A stretch of 64,000 nucleotides of DNA from an uncultured Clostridia bacterium (lineage in GTDB: Bacteria > Bacillota > Clostridia > Christensenellales > Aristaeellaceae). Shown here in pieces: positions 1-8,227 of the stretch. The translations under genes and the position numbers were made by a program. The notes below the pieces were generated by a model. That model was not told the origin of the DNA. It saw only the letters and a program-made list of their open reading frames with translations, and made no database searches. Numbering within the stretch: position 1 is the first letter of the stretch; every line of letters begins with the position of its first letter. The stretch is taken from positions 6,072 to 70,071 of the forward strand of contig CAKUAV010000001.1 of the NCBI GenBank assembly GCA_934636425.1, written 5' to 3'.

Positions 1-319
1 GCTGCCGCTCTCAAAAGCCGTGCTGGCCACGTTCGCGCTGTTCAGCATCGTGGGCTACTGGAACGACTACCTCACCGCGCTGCTCTATCTGCGCGATGAC
101 AGGAAATACCCCATACAGCTGCTCATGCGCCGCCTGCTCGTGCTGATGGACTACAAGGATGCGAGCACCGCGCAGCTGCTCAAGGACTTCCGCTCCATCT
201 CCAGCCGCACCACAAAGGCCGCGGCGACAATCATCACCGTGGTGCCGATACTGTGCATCTACCCCTTCATGCAGAAGTACTTCGCCAAGGGCGTTCTGGT
301 CGGCTCGATCAAGGCCTGA
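1..319 (+). CDS. carbohydrate ABC transporter permease, C-terminal fragment (5' end outside window)
   Basis: The frame is open from the window edge. The hydrophobic C-terminus (FALFSIVGYWNDYL...VVPILCIYPFMQKYFAKG) is typical of MalG/LplC-type sugar permeases. A solute-binding protein gene follows directly. Confidence 0.8.
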   Translation, partial: LPLSKAVLATFALFSIVGYWNDYLTALLYLRDDRKYPIQLLMRRLLVLMDYKDASTAQLLKDFRSISSRTTKAAATIITVVPILCIYPFMQKYFAKGVLVGSIKA

Positions 320-408
320 CGCGCCCCCTTCCCCTCGAATTTGGGCGGCATGATCCGCCTGAAGAGCGATAGATCCCCCCGCGAATAACAAAAAGGAGGA
401 ACCCCGTC

Positions 409-1968
409 ATGAAGAAACTCTTCTCTCTGCTTCTGGTGCTCGCGCTGGCGCTGGGCGCCATCCCCGCCATGGCCGACTCGATGCTCCCCTATGAGGGCGA
501 CGCCGTGACCTACGAGGGCTACACCGCCGATCTGGGCATCAAGGAAGACCGCGAATCCCCCGTCTATCAGGAATACAAGAAGCTCCTGGGCAACGTGTCC
601 ATCGAGTGGTCGTCCGGCCCCTGGGCTGACTTCGACACCAAGACCTCCCTGTTCCTGAACACCGGCGACCTGCCGGACGTCGTCTGGCTGCGCAATTCCT
701 CGTCCGTCATCGCCAACTACGGCGACATGGGCTACTTCCTCAACTTCATGGACTATCTGGACTATATGCCCAATCTGAAGTCCTACATCGACACCTATCC
801 GCAGATCAAGAACATGATCAACGACAAGGGCGCGCTCTACTGCCTCAATGACATCGAGCCGAGCGACTATGTCGACGAGAGCTTCTGGGTCAACAAGACC
901 GAACTGGCCAAGCTGGGCAAGGAAGTCCCCACCACCTGGGACGAGATGCTCGACTGCATGCGCGCCTACAAGCAGGCCAACCCCGAGGGAATGCCCTTCA
1001 TCACCTACGGCTGGGGCGCTTCCTACTATTACAGCTGCCTGGGCAGCATCAACAACGCCAAGACCGGCTTCTACTATGACGGCTCCAAGTGGACCCACGC
1101 CCTGCTGAACGAGGATTCCAACTATCGCGACCTGATCGACATAATGCACACCATGTACGCCGAAGGTCTGCTGCACCCCGAGTTCTCCACCATGTCCGAT
1201 GAGCAGGCTCAGCAGTACATCCTCAACGGCAACTGGCTGTTCTCCTTCTGGTATCTCAACTGCATCTACAACGAGATCTTCCTGGGCGAGGAGATCCCCT
1301 TTGAGTACGAGGCCATGTTCGCGCCCGCCCGCCATGAGGGCGATCCCCACTACTCCGTCATCACCGTGCCCTATGACAACATCCCCGGCTGGGGCTACTT
1401 CGTCAACGCCGACGTGAAGAACCCCGAGCTGATCTGCTCCTATCTGGACACCGTCATCTCCAAGGACGCCTCCACGATCTACAACTGGGGCGTTAAGGAC
1501 CTGACCTACACCGTGGATGAGAACGGCCGCCATCAGTACACCGCCGACTATCAGACCAGCGACGCCCGCAAGGCGGCCGGCGTGGGCAACTTCATGGACG
1601 TGCGCTACATCCAGTACAAGCAGCGCGAGACCGACTATGTCGGCGGCAGTGATTCTTCCCGCGCCGCGTACGACAAGATCATCGGCGGCCTGATCAGCGG
1701 CGAGCTGATCGGCATCCGCACCCTGCGCGGCACCCCCAACTTCACCGCCGAGCAGAATGAGATCGTCGCCCGCAGCACCACCCCGTTCAAGACCTACATC
1801 GACGAGAACGTCATGTCCTTCATCGACGGCACCCGCGATATGAGCGAGTGGGACGCGTTCGTGGACGAGACGCTGGCTCTGGGCAACATGGACGAAGTCC
1901 TTGCCACCTATGAAGAGGCCGATCAGGTGATCTACTCCACCGAGCGCCGCTACGTCAGCTACAACTAA
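409..1968 (+). CDS. ABC transporter extracellular solute-binding protein (large LplA-like sugar-binding type)
   Basis: RBS AAAGGAGG lies 8 nt upstream of the ATG. The N-terminal signal peptide is MKKLFSLLLVLALALGAIPAMA. The 519-aa Trp/Tyr/Asp-rich sequence is typical of family-1 sugar SBPs, and a permease gene is adjacent. Confidence 0.85.
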   Translation: MKKLFSLLLVLALALGAIPAMADSMLPYEGDAVTYEGYTADLGIKEDRESPVYQEYKKLLGNVSIEWSSGPWADFDTKTSLFLNTGDLPDVVWLRNSSSVIANYGDMGYFLNFMDYLDYMPNLKSYIDTYPQIKNMINDKGALYCLNDIEPSDYVDESFWVNKTELAKLGKEVPTTWDEMLDCMRAYKQANPEGMPFITYGWGASYYYSCLGSINNAKTGFYYDGSKWTHALLNEDSNYRDLIDIMHTMYAEGLLHPEFSTMSDEQAQQYILNGNWLFSFWYLNCIYNEIFLGEEIPFEYEAMFAPARHEGDPHYSVITVPYDNIPGWGYFVNADVKNPELICSYLDTVISKDASTIYNWGVKDLTYTVDENGRHQYTADYQTSDARKAAGVGNFMDVRYIQYKQRETDYVGGSDSSRAAYDKIIGGLISGELIGIRTLRGTPNFTAEQNEIVARSTTPFKTYIDENVMSFIDGTRDMSEWDAFVDETLALGNMDEVLATYEEADQVIYSTERRYVSYN

Positions 1969-1978
1969 TCCTCCCTGT

Positions 1979-2017
1979 AAGGGCGGGCGGTCGATCGGCC
2001 GTCCGCCCCTTGTTTTA
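1979..2017 (+). terminator. Rho-independent terminator after the SBP gene
   Basis: GC-rich stem AAGGGCGGGCGG / CCGTCCGCCCCTT (one wobble, one bulge) is followed by GTTTTA. Confidence 0.6.
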
Positions 2018-2055
2018 CCCCGTGATGCGTTTATATTGATTTCAGGAGGCCAATC

Positions 2056-4971
2056 ATGCGAAAGATCTATGCGTCCTATCATCAACCGCAGTCCTATCCT
2101 GAGTATACCCGCCGCCTGATCCGCGCCACGACGCGCGACACGCTGGAGAACACCATTCAGTTCATGTCCCTGCGCGCGCTGCCGCAGAACGAGAAGGGCG
2201 AGCTCATGGAAATCGACGAGGCGCTCGATCTGTACACAAAGCGCTTTGATCTGGGCAAGGTGTTCTGGATGCAGTGCAGCACAATACACGCGCTCAATCT
2301 CCGCGAATTCCTGCAGGCCGTCCGGGAACGCAGCGGCTATGTGTTCGATCTGTGGGGCTTCGTGCCCGGCTCCTACAAGAAGGGGCTGCTCTGGGGCGAA
2401 TACGACGTGACAGAGGATAAGAACGATCTGTTCACCGGCATACTGGGCGACCGCTTCATAGGCTATGACAACGGCGAGCAGGACGGCCGCTACATTGGCT
2501 CCTACACGCCCACGCAGTGCCCCGCGCGGCAGGACAATGTGTTCCAGCAGCGCCGCTTCTATGAGTTCTTCGACGAGATGGGCAGCCAGCTTCACAACGC
2601 CACCACGGCGCTGTGCTCGCTCAACTATGTGCATTTCTTCGCCCGCGAGCAGAACTGCTTCATGCTGGGCGCGGAGACGGCGCAGGCGCTGCCCAACGCC
2701 AACCTCTGGTACGCCTACATCCGCGGCGCGGGCAAGCAGTACGGCCTTCTCTGGTTCGGCAACGCGTCGGTCTACAACCGCTTCAGCTGGAAGAGCTATG
2801 ACATCGAGAGCAACGGCGTGGATCAGGAAGGCTACAGCTACGGCCCGACCGTCGGCACCAGCCTGTCGCTGCTGCGGCGGCTGATATATGTCGAATATCT
2901 CTACAATTCCGATATGCTCGGCTTTGAATCCGGACTGGTCACGACGAAGGCGTGCATGGAAAAGGTGAACGCCGGCATTCCGCTCGAGCCGAACAAGACC
3001 AATTCCGACAAGAGCCTCTTTACCGGCGAGGACGCTGTGCTCGCGCCCATCGGTCGGATTCAGGCCGACTGCATCCGCTTCATTAAGGAGCGCGGCTATG
3101 CGGGCGTTATGGCCGTGCCCACGGCGGTTGTGCTCAATAGCGGCAACGGCTGGTGCATGCCCCGCCACCTCTACACGAGAAACGTCTATCGCAGCTGGGG
3201 TCAAATGCCCTACAAGGACTGCGATCATCAGCTGCACGCGCTCTTTACGCTGCTCTATCCGGGCTATGAGGACTCCGGCTTCTTCCTCAACGAGCGCGGC
3301 TTCCTCACGCCCACGCCCTACGGCGATCAGGCCGACGTGCTCATGACCGACGCGCGCGCCGAGACGCTTCGGCAGTACGACCTCCTGCTGATGGCCGGCT
3401 GGCAGAAGCTCGACCGCGAGCAGCTGGACAAGCTGGCCGCCTTCACCGACAACGGCGGCACAATCCTCGCCTTCGCGGGTCAGCTTGAGGACGCGCCGGA
3501 AGCGGCGGCGTTCTTCGGCGTGAACGCTCTGGGCAAGGCCTCCCTGCGCCGCGACGCGCTTGTCACAGACAGCGACGGCAAGACCCATCGCGAGCGCGCG
3601 CTTTCCGTCTACGCGGACGCCTCTCTGAGCGACGCGGACGTGCTCATGACCCTCGAGGACGGCACGCCCTTCGTCATCGCCCGCACCGCCGGAAAGGGCC
3701 GCGCGCTGCTGGTGCTCTCGCCCTACGGCCTGGATGAAACCGAAAACTCCGCGCCCGTGCGCAACATGGAGAACGTCAGCATCCCCCTGCGCCGCGATCT
3801 GCTGAAGAGCGTCAAGGCGCTGCTCACCGAGCTGATGGACGAGGAGCGGCTCGCATCCGTCGACAATCCCGCGCTGCAGACCATCGTCAACATACGAGAG
3901 GATCACACGCTGACCGTGACCGTGGTCAACAACGGCTTTGCGACGGAAAGCTACCGCATCGACTGCCTGTGCGGCAGGGAGATCAGCCGCCGCGAAATCG
4001 CCGTGCCCGATCTCGACCCCGCCACGCCCGGCTACTGGCCGATGTACACGCATCCCTATCCGCCGATGGGCGCGGTCGAAGAAGGCCGCCAGCTGATCGG
4101 CCCCGGCCAGATCGCCATGTGGGACATCGAATATGAGCCGGAGAACGTCGTATTCACGCACGAGGAGCCTATGCGCGATCTGAGCGGCAATGTCTATGTG
4201 TCGCTGCGCCCGCACGGCCTGCTCATCGAGGAGCTGCTCAAAATGCCCGCGCTCAATCAGTATTTCGCGGGCGTAAAGCTGGACGCGGCCTATGTGAGCG
4301 ATCTGAGCCTGCATCAGTGCGCTCAGGCCGGCGGCTGGCTGAAGCGGCGCGGCCTAGACGTGGTCGTCGATTTCTCCTCCGTGCTGGATCACTATCCGCA
4401 TCTGTCGCTCATACGCAACAGACCCGAGCGTCAGGACGCAAAATTCCTGTGGATAAACGACATCATGGCGAACGCTGCTGCGCTGGGCGCAAGGCGGATG
4501 CTGCTCAACCGACACCGCAACGCCGAAAACCATCTCACGCCCGACGAGGCCGCCGAGTATATGAGCGCTTCAATCGCCGCGCTCAGCGCCATGGCCGAAA
4601 AGCACGGCCTGAGCGTCATGATGACCAACGCCCTGCCCAACGCCGTCAGGGGACGCGTCGCCGATCTCAGCCGCGAAGGCTGTCCCGCCGCGGTCAATCT
4701 GGAGCACTGCCTGCTCGCTGGCGACGTCCCGGCCGGCGAAGAGCTGAAGAGCGCGCGCGCCCTGCTGCTCAGCGCGCCGCTGAAGGATGACTTTGGCCAG
4801 ATGATCGACGCGCATGCGCCGCTCCACGCCAGCCCGCTCGCCCCGCGCATCGCCGCTCTGCTGCGCGGCCTGCCGCTCGATCGATATGATTTCATCTGCC
4901 TGGACGGCGATTACACGCGCTTTGACGAGATGTATCTCGACCGGCTCTGGCTGAATGAATCCGCGGAATAA
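2056..4971 (+). CDS. large uncharacterised glycan-related protein (971 aa): unknown N-terminal catalytic-like region, GATase1/GH42M-like middle, xylose-isomerase-like TIM-barrel-like C-terminus
   Basis: RBS CAGGAGG is present. The composition looks protein-like. The middle segment (YDLLLMAGWQKLDREQLDKLAAFTDNGGTILAFAG) resembles beta-galactosidase trimerisation or ThuA-like domains. The C-terminus (LDVVVDFSS...MLLNRHRNAENHLTPDEAAEYM...HGLSVMMTNALP) resembles sugar-phosphate isomerase/epimerase TIM barrels. Function is not established. Confidence 0.85.
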   Translation: MRKIYASYHQPQSYPEYTRRLIRATTRDTLENTIQFMSLRALPQNEKGELMEIDEALDLYTKRFDLGKVFWMQCSTIHALNLREFLQAVRERSGYVFDLWGFVPGSYKKGLLWGEYDVTEDKNDLFTGILGDRFIGYDNGEQDGRYIGSYTPTQCPARQDNVFQQRRFYEFFDEMGSQLHNATTALCSLNYVHFFAREQNCFMLGAETAQALPNANLWYAYIRGAGKQYGLLWFGNASVYNRFSWKSYDIESNGVDQEGYSYGPTVGTSLSLLRRLIYVEYLYNSDMLGFESGLVTTKACMEKVNAGIPLEPNKTNSDKSLFTGEDAVLAPIGRIQADCIRFIKERGYAGVMAVPTAVVLNSGNGWCMPRHLYTRNVYRSWGQMPYKDCDHQLHALFTLLYPGYEDSGFFLNERGFLTPTPYGDQADVLMTDARAETLRQYDLLLMAGWQKLDREQLDKLAAFTDNGGTILAFAGQLEDAPEAAAFFGVNALGKASLRRDALVTDSDGKTHRERALSVYADASLSDADVLMTLEDGTPFVIARTAGKGRALLVLSPYGLDETENSAPVRNMENVSIPLRRDLLKSVKALLTELMDEERLASVDNPALQTIVNIREDHTLTVTVVNNGFATESYRIDCLCGREISRREIAVPDLDPATPGYWPMYTHPYPPMGAVEEGRQLIGPGQIAMWDIEYEPENVVFTHEEPMRDLSGNVYVSLRPHGLLIEELLKMPALNQYFAGVKLDAAYVSDLSLHQCAQAGGWLKRRGLDVVVDFSSVLDHYPHLSLIRNRPERQDAKFLWINDIMANAAALGARRMLLNRHRNAENHLTPDEAAEYMSASIAALSAMAEKHGLSVMMTNALPNAVRGRVADLSREGCPAAVNLEHCLLAGDVPAGEELKSARALLLSAPLKDDFGQMIDAHAPLHASPLAPRIAALLRGLPLDRYDFICLDGDYTRFDEMYLDRLWLNESAE

Positions 4972-4990
4972 TCCATACAGACCCATACGC

Positions 4991-5033
4991 CCCCGCCCCG
5001 AGCCATTGTAAGGCCCCGGAGCGGGGCTTTTTT
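4991..5033 (+). terminator. Rho-independent terminator after the 971-aa gene
   Basis: Stem CCCCGC...GCGGGG (or the inner GCCCCG/CGGGGC) is followed by TTTTTT at 5028-5033. Confidence 0.75.
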
Positions 5034-5044
5034 GGCTCTTTGCG

Positions 5045-5262
5045 GAAAGTTGGAGGGGAAACAACACGGCAAAAAGCGCTGCCCTCAGGCTCTCGAACTT
5101 TTAATCATGCCCAGCGGCGTATGCGGGACGATTTGCGCGCCCGGGAAATCGGCAAAAACTGAAAATGGTGACTGGAAGGCAAAACTGCCGACGATTCAAA
5201 TCAAAGATTTGATCCGTCGTTCATGCCGGATTGGCATTGGGCCGGTCAAACGCATTCTTCGG
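5045..5262 (-). repeat. copy of the ~200-bp dispersed intergenic element (divergent 5' half)
   Basis: The reverse complement aligns with 7483-7680 and 47082-47280. The shared core GCCGCTGGGCATGATTAAAAGTTCGAGAG is the reverse complement of 5090-5118. Upstream matches include CAGTTTTTGC and CGCAAATCGTCCCGCAT. Confidence 0.55.
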
Positions 5263-5325
5263 CTGGAAACGCCACATTTGGAAGAAGTTTTCTTAGCGGT
5301 TTACGCAAGTTTAAGAGCATTTATG

Positions 5326-5354
5326 TTTATACTTTTTGAGCGTTGCATTATACT
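5326..5354 (+). promoter_or_regulatory. candidate sigma-A-type promoter for the second SBP gene
   Basis: TTTATA, a 17-nt spacer and TATACT lie in a locally AT-rich stretch about 57 nt upstream of the ATG at 5411. Confidence 0.35.
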
Positions 5355-5410
5355 TTAATTAAGGTCAATGGGGGGGGTCGGTCAAAATCACACGTATTGG
5401 AGGTGTCACC

Positions 5411-7108
5411 ATGTCCAGGAAAATCACAGCTCTGCTGATCGCCGCGCTGCTTCTCGTTCCCCTGCTGAGCGTCTCGGCGCAGGAATACGCGCCGCTTGAG
5501 CCGATGGCCGAGCCGATTACGCTCAGAGTGGTTCACAGCTACAGCCTCTCGTCACTGGCCGGCGTCGGCGAAGGCATAACGCCCGAGAACGGCCTGTGGA
5601 ACGACAATGTTCTTGAGGATCTCAATATACGATTCGAATGGATGTGGACGGTGGATACAGAGCAGTGGGAAAAGAAGTTCCAGCTCTCCATTGCGTCCGG
5701 CGATATCCCCGATCTGCTCCGGCTGAACGAGGTTCATTTCCGTCAGTTTGTCGAGATGGGCGCGCTGCGCGATCTGACGAACGCCTACAAGACATATTCC
5801 CTCAAAGAGATGCTCGCCATGGACGACGCCGCGGGCAACCGGCCGACCCGGCAGGCCACCGTCGACGGCGCTCTGCTCGGCGTTCCTCTCTTCGATGACA
5901 ACCATTCCACGATGTACCTGCTCATGTACCGCAAGGACTGGGCGGACGCGCTGGGCATCGAAGCGCCCAAGACCATCTATGACGTGATGGATATGTGCGT
6001 GCGCTTCGGCACCGAGGATCCCAATCAGGACGGCGCTGCGAACACCGACGGCCTGGCAATGCAGGGCGATCCCTTCGCGGGCGCTTTCGGCTCGCTCGCA
6101 TTCTTCCAGAGCTTCGGCGGCTATCCGCAGTTCTGGGTCGCCGATGAGAGCGGCGAAATCGTTCCCGGCGTGCTCATGGACGGCACATACGAAGGCCTGA
6201 AGGCGCTGCGCGAGCTCTATGAAAAGGGCGGCATCGCCCAGGATTTCGCCACGCTGTCCGGCGACAACCTGAACGAGGACGTCATCAGCTCGCAGGTCGG
6301 CGTATTCTTCGGAATGTGGTGGAATCCCGCCTATCCCGGCCCGCAGAACATGGACTATGACGAGAAGGCGGAATGGACGGTCATGCCGCTGCCCGGCCTC
6401 ACCGAGGGCACATACGGCAAGTCCGTCTGCAACGAAAACATGGTGACGTATTACAACTGCGTTTACGAAAAAGCGCCCGAGCGCGCCGATGAAGCGCTTG
6501 TCAAGCTGCTGAACTACCACTATGTGCATATCGCGCCCGTCGACGACGCCATATGGCCTCAGAAAGAAGTGACCGACGATCCCGAAGTTCTGGAGATGCG
6601 TCAGGAGCAGTCCAAAGCCGAGCAGCTGGCCGGCAAGGTCTGGAACTGGCTGCCCGTGCAGACATGGCCCTCCGGCATCAACGTCCAGCAGGCCTACAAC
6701 GCCTACAACGCCTGGCATGAAAACGACCTGAGCTATCTGCGCAGCTCAACCGACAAGGACTGGTATGACAAGACCGTCGCCCATCACAGCCGGGACACCT
6801 CCCGCTGGACGCGCGGCACGACCGCCGGAATGTGGCTGAGCCGCACGTCCCCCGATGGCGGCATCATGACCACCGTGCGCATGCGCAATGAGGGTCACGT
6901 CGTCTACAATGTCTATTACGGCCCGGCGACCGAGTCCGAGCAGCAGTTCAAGTCCACGCTCAAATCCATGGCGCAGGAGTACTTCGTCAACTTCATCATG
7001 GGCAATGTCGCCGTTGACAGCTGGGACGCTTTCAAGAACGACTGGCTGGCTCAGGGCGGTCAGGACTGGTGGGACGAGGTCAAGGTTTCCTACGCCGCGC
7101 TTCACTGA
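5411..7108 (+). CDS. ABC transporter extracellular solute-binding protein (orphan, no adjacent permease genes)
   Basis: RBS GGAGGTG is present. The signal peptide is MSRKITALLIAALLLVPLLSVSAQ. This is a 565-aa Trp/Asp/Tyr-rich, family-1-like SBP sequence. Confidence 0.85.
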   Translation: MSRKITALLIAALLLVPLLSVSAQEYAPLEPMAEPITLRVVHSYSLSSLAGVGEGITPENGLWNDNVLEDLNIRFEWMWTVDTEQWEKKFQLSIASGDIPDLLRLNEVHFRQFVEMGALRDLTNAYKTYSLKEMLAMDDAAGNRPTRQATVDGALLGVPLFDDNHSTMYLLMYRKDWADALGIEAPKTIYDVMDMCVRFGTEDPNQDGAANTDGLAMQGDPFAGAFGSLAFFQSFGGYPQFWVADESGEIVPGVLMDGTYEGLKALRELYEKGGIAQDFATLSGDNLNEDVISSQVGVFFGMWWNPAYPGPQNMDYDEKAEWTVMPLPGLTEGTYGKSVCNENMVTYYNCVYEKAPERADEALVKLLNYHYVHIAPVDDAIWPQKEVTDDPEVLEMRQEQSKAEQLAGKVWNWLPVQTWPSGINVQQAYNAYNAWHENDLSYLRSSTDKDWYDKTVAHHSRDTSRWTRGTTAGMWLSRTSPDGGIMTTVRMRNEGHVVYNVYYGPATESEQQFKSTLKSMAQEYFVNFIMGNVAVDSWDAFKNDWLAQGGQDWWDEVKVSYAALH

Positions 7109-7439
7109 TCACAGCGCCTGAGCGCGCGAAAAAGGGAACGCCGCGCCTCTGAAGGCTTCATGAAAGCGCGCGCTTCAATCCATCAGATTCGGCCAGGCTC
7201 ATTTTCCGGCGGCGAAGCCCTTCCAATTCCGCGTCCGGGATCAGCGCCGCTCGGGCTGCGCGGCGGCTCCGTTCCCGCATGGCCGCAGCCCTTTTGAGAC
7301 GCGCCGCAGCATGGCATCGGGCGAGATCGCCTGACGAGCAGGCGGCCTGCAGCGCCGCTTCATCAAGGGCATTGCGCCCGGCTCCGTCAGGGAGCGAGGG
7401 CACAAAAAGCCCATATCTGTCCGATTTTCCCGCGAAACA

Positions 7440-7482
7440 GACGCGCGGCGCACCGGAATTTCTCCCGATGCGCCGCGCGTTT
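7440..7482 (+). repeat. left copy of a 43-bp direct repeat holding a 12-bp-stem hairpin
   Basis: GACGCGCGGCGCACCGGAATTTCTCCCGATGCGCCGCGCGTTT is identical 43/43 to 7681-7723. The stem is ACGCGCGGCGCA / TGCGCCGCGCGT with a 16-nt loop. Confidence 0.95.
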
Positions 7483-7680
7483 GCCTGTCAAAAAAGGTCT
7501 TGACAAGCTGGTGAACGAGGATTCAAGCTTTCCGCCGCGTGCTGCCCTCTCCAGTTTTTGCTCTGGAAATGGGATTTTTCGCCGCAAAATGTCACCCCGC
7601 ATCATACATGCCGCTGGGTACGTTTGAAATTTGAGAGGGTTTCGGCACTCTCGAACTCTCTGAATGCTTTTCGGTACTCT
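7483..7680 (+). repeat. 198-bp dispersed intergenic element, best-preserved copy (MITE-like or sRNA-like)
   Basis: About 70% identical by eye to the reverse complement of 47082-47280. It starts ..GTCAAAAAAGGTCTTGACAAGCTGGTGAA and ends ..GCTTTTCGGTACTCT. There is an internal hairpin TTTGAGAG-N10-CTCTCGAA at 7630-7655. Confidence 0.8.
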
Positions 7681-7730
7681 GACGCGCGGCGCACCGGAAT
7701 TTCTCCCGATGCGCCGCGCGTTTTTTTGTT
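7681..7730 (+). terminator. right copy of the 43-bp repeat; canonical Rho-independent terminator
   Basis: It carries the same 12-bp stem as 7441-7480. Here the stem is followed by TTTTTTTG. Confidence 0.8.
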
Positions 7731-7887
7731 CTTCAAGAAATCTTGGGGGGAGTGCAAGTCCACAACGGCAACAGCTGACATGGCCTCGCCATGAGAGAAC
7801 GGGCAAAGAAGGAAAAAAGCGTGTTTGGCAGTCTTTGCTTCCATGCTGTTCACGTCTCTCCGCCGCGCCGTGCTTCCCCCTGCTTTT

Positions 7888-8214
7888 TCACCAGCGCGTC
7901 ATGTTCCTTTCGAATTTGGCGGTGTAGGCCGCCTTCAGCTCCTCCGGCGATACGCCATAGCAGAGCAAAACGTCGCAGTAATACATCAGCACGTCGGCCA
8001 GCTCCTCGACCAGATGCGCCCGCAGCGCCGGATCGCTCGCCGCGCGGTCGCCGCCGTTTTTCTTGACAATATCGATGACCTCGCCGATCTCGCCGACCAT
8101 CCACAGCAGCTTGTTCCTGCCCGTCTCCGCGTCGACCGGCTCCCATATGCGGCTGTACTTTTCCTGAAGGGCGCGCTGCATATCCAGCATTTCGCCGACG
8201 CCGAAATCCGCCAT
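7888..8214 (-). CDS. MazG-like nucleotide pyrophosphohydrolase (small all-alpha NTP-PPase)
   Basis: The 108-aa sequence has the motif LWMVGEIGEVIDIV...LVEELADVLMY, matching the EExxE/D signatures of the MazG/YpjD family. Confidence 0.8.
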   Translation of the reverse strand: MADFGVGEMLDMQRALQEKYSRIWEPVDAETGRNKLLWMVGEIGEVIDIVKKNGGDRAASDPALRAHLVEELADVLMYYCDVLLCYGVSPEELKAAYTAKFERNMTRW

Positions 8215-8227
8215 GACGCTGCCTCCC

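Noticed and set aside
259-4314. Very long antisense ORFs in the track: 259..4314 (1351 aa), 12022..15285 (1087 aa), 15520..18789 (1089 aa), 26242..30588 (1448 aa), plus many 100-600-aa ORFs opposite annotated genes.
   Set aside because: - Their composition is dominated by Arg, Ala, Gly, His and Val runs with no recognisable motifs.
- They lie exactly antisense to genes with strong motif support (SBP, dnaE, GH38-like, gyrA/gyrB).
- Stop-free shadow frames of this kind are typical of GC-rich DNA.
5032-5358. 108-aa ORF in the AT-richer spacer upstream of the second SBP gene.
   Set aside because: It overlaps the element copy and the promoter region. It has no RBS, its codon and GC3 pattern differs from neighbouring genes, and it has no motifs.
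7158-7403. 81-aa ORF (minus strand) as a possible small protein between the SBP gene and the element.
   Set aside because: It has a GTG start without an RBS, and the internal ATG at 7280 has only a weak purine tract upstream. The sequence is Ala/Arg-rich with no motif, and it overlaps repeat-family sequence near 7160-7200.
7387-7806. Protein-coding reading of the dispersed element (ORFs 7387..7806 minus, 46885..47208 plus, 47154..47609 plus, 53132..53530 minus share peptide fragments such as YPAAC and RRKxPFPE).
   Set aside because: The similarity is at DNA level. Between copies the matching peptide segments fall into different frames (a stop and frameshift in the 47-kb copy, indels in the 53-kb copy). 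There is no RBS and the amino-acid composition is not protein-like.
7745-7815. Cobalamin-riboswitch-like string GGGGAGTGCAAGTCCACAACGGCAACAGCTG.
   Set aside because: Only the GTGCAAxTCC-like segment resembles the riboswitch. The B12 box (GCCACTG) and flanking helices are absent, and no gene lies downstream on that strand.
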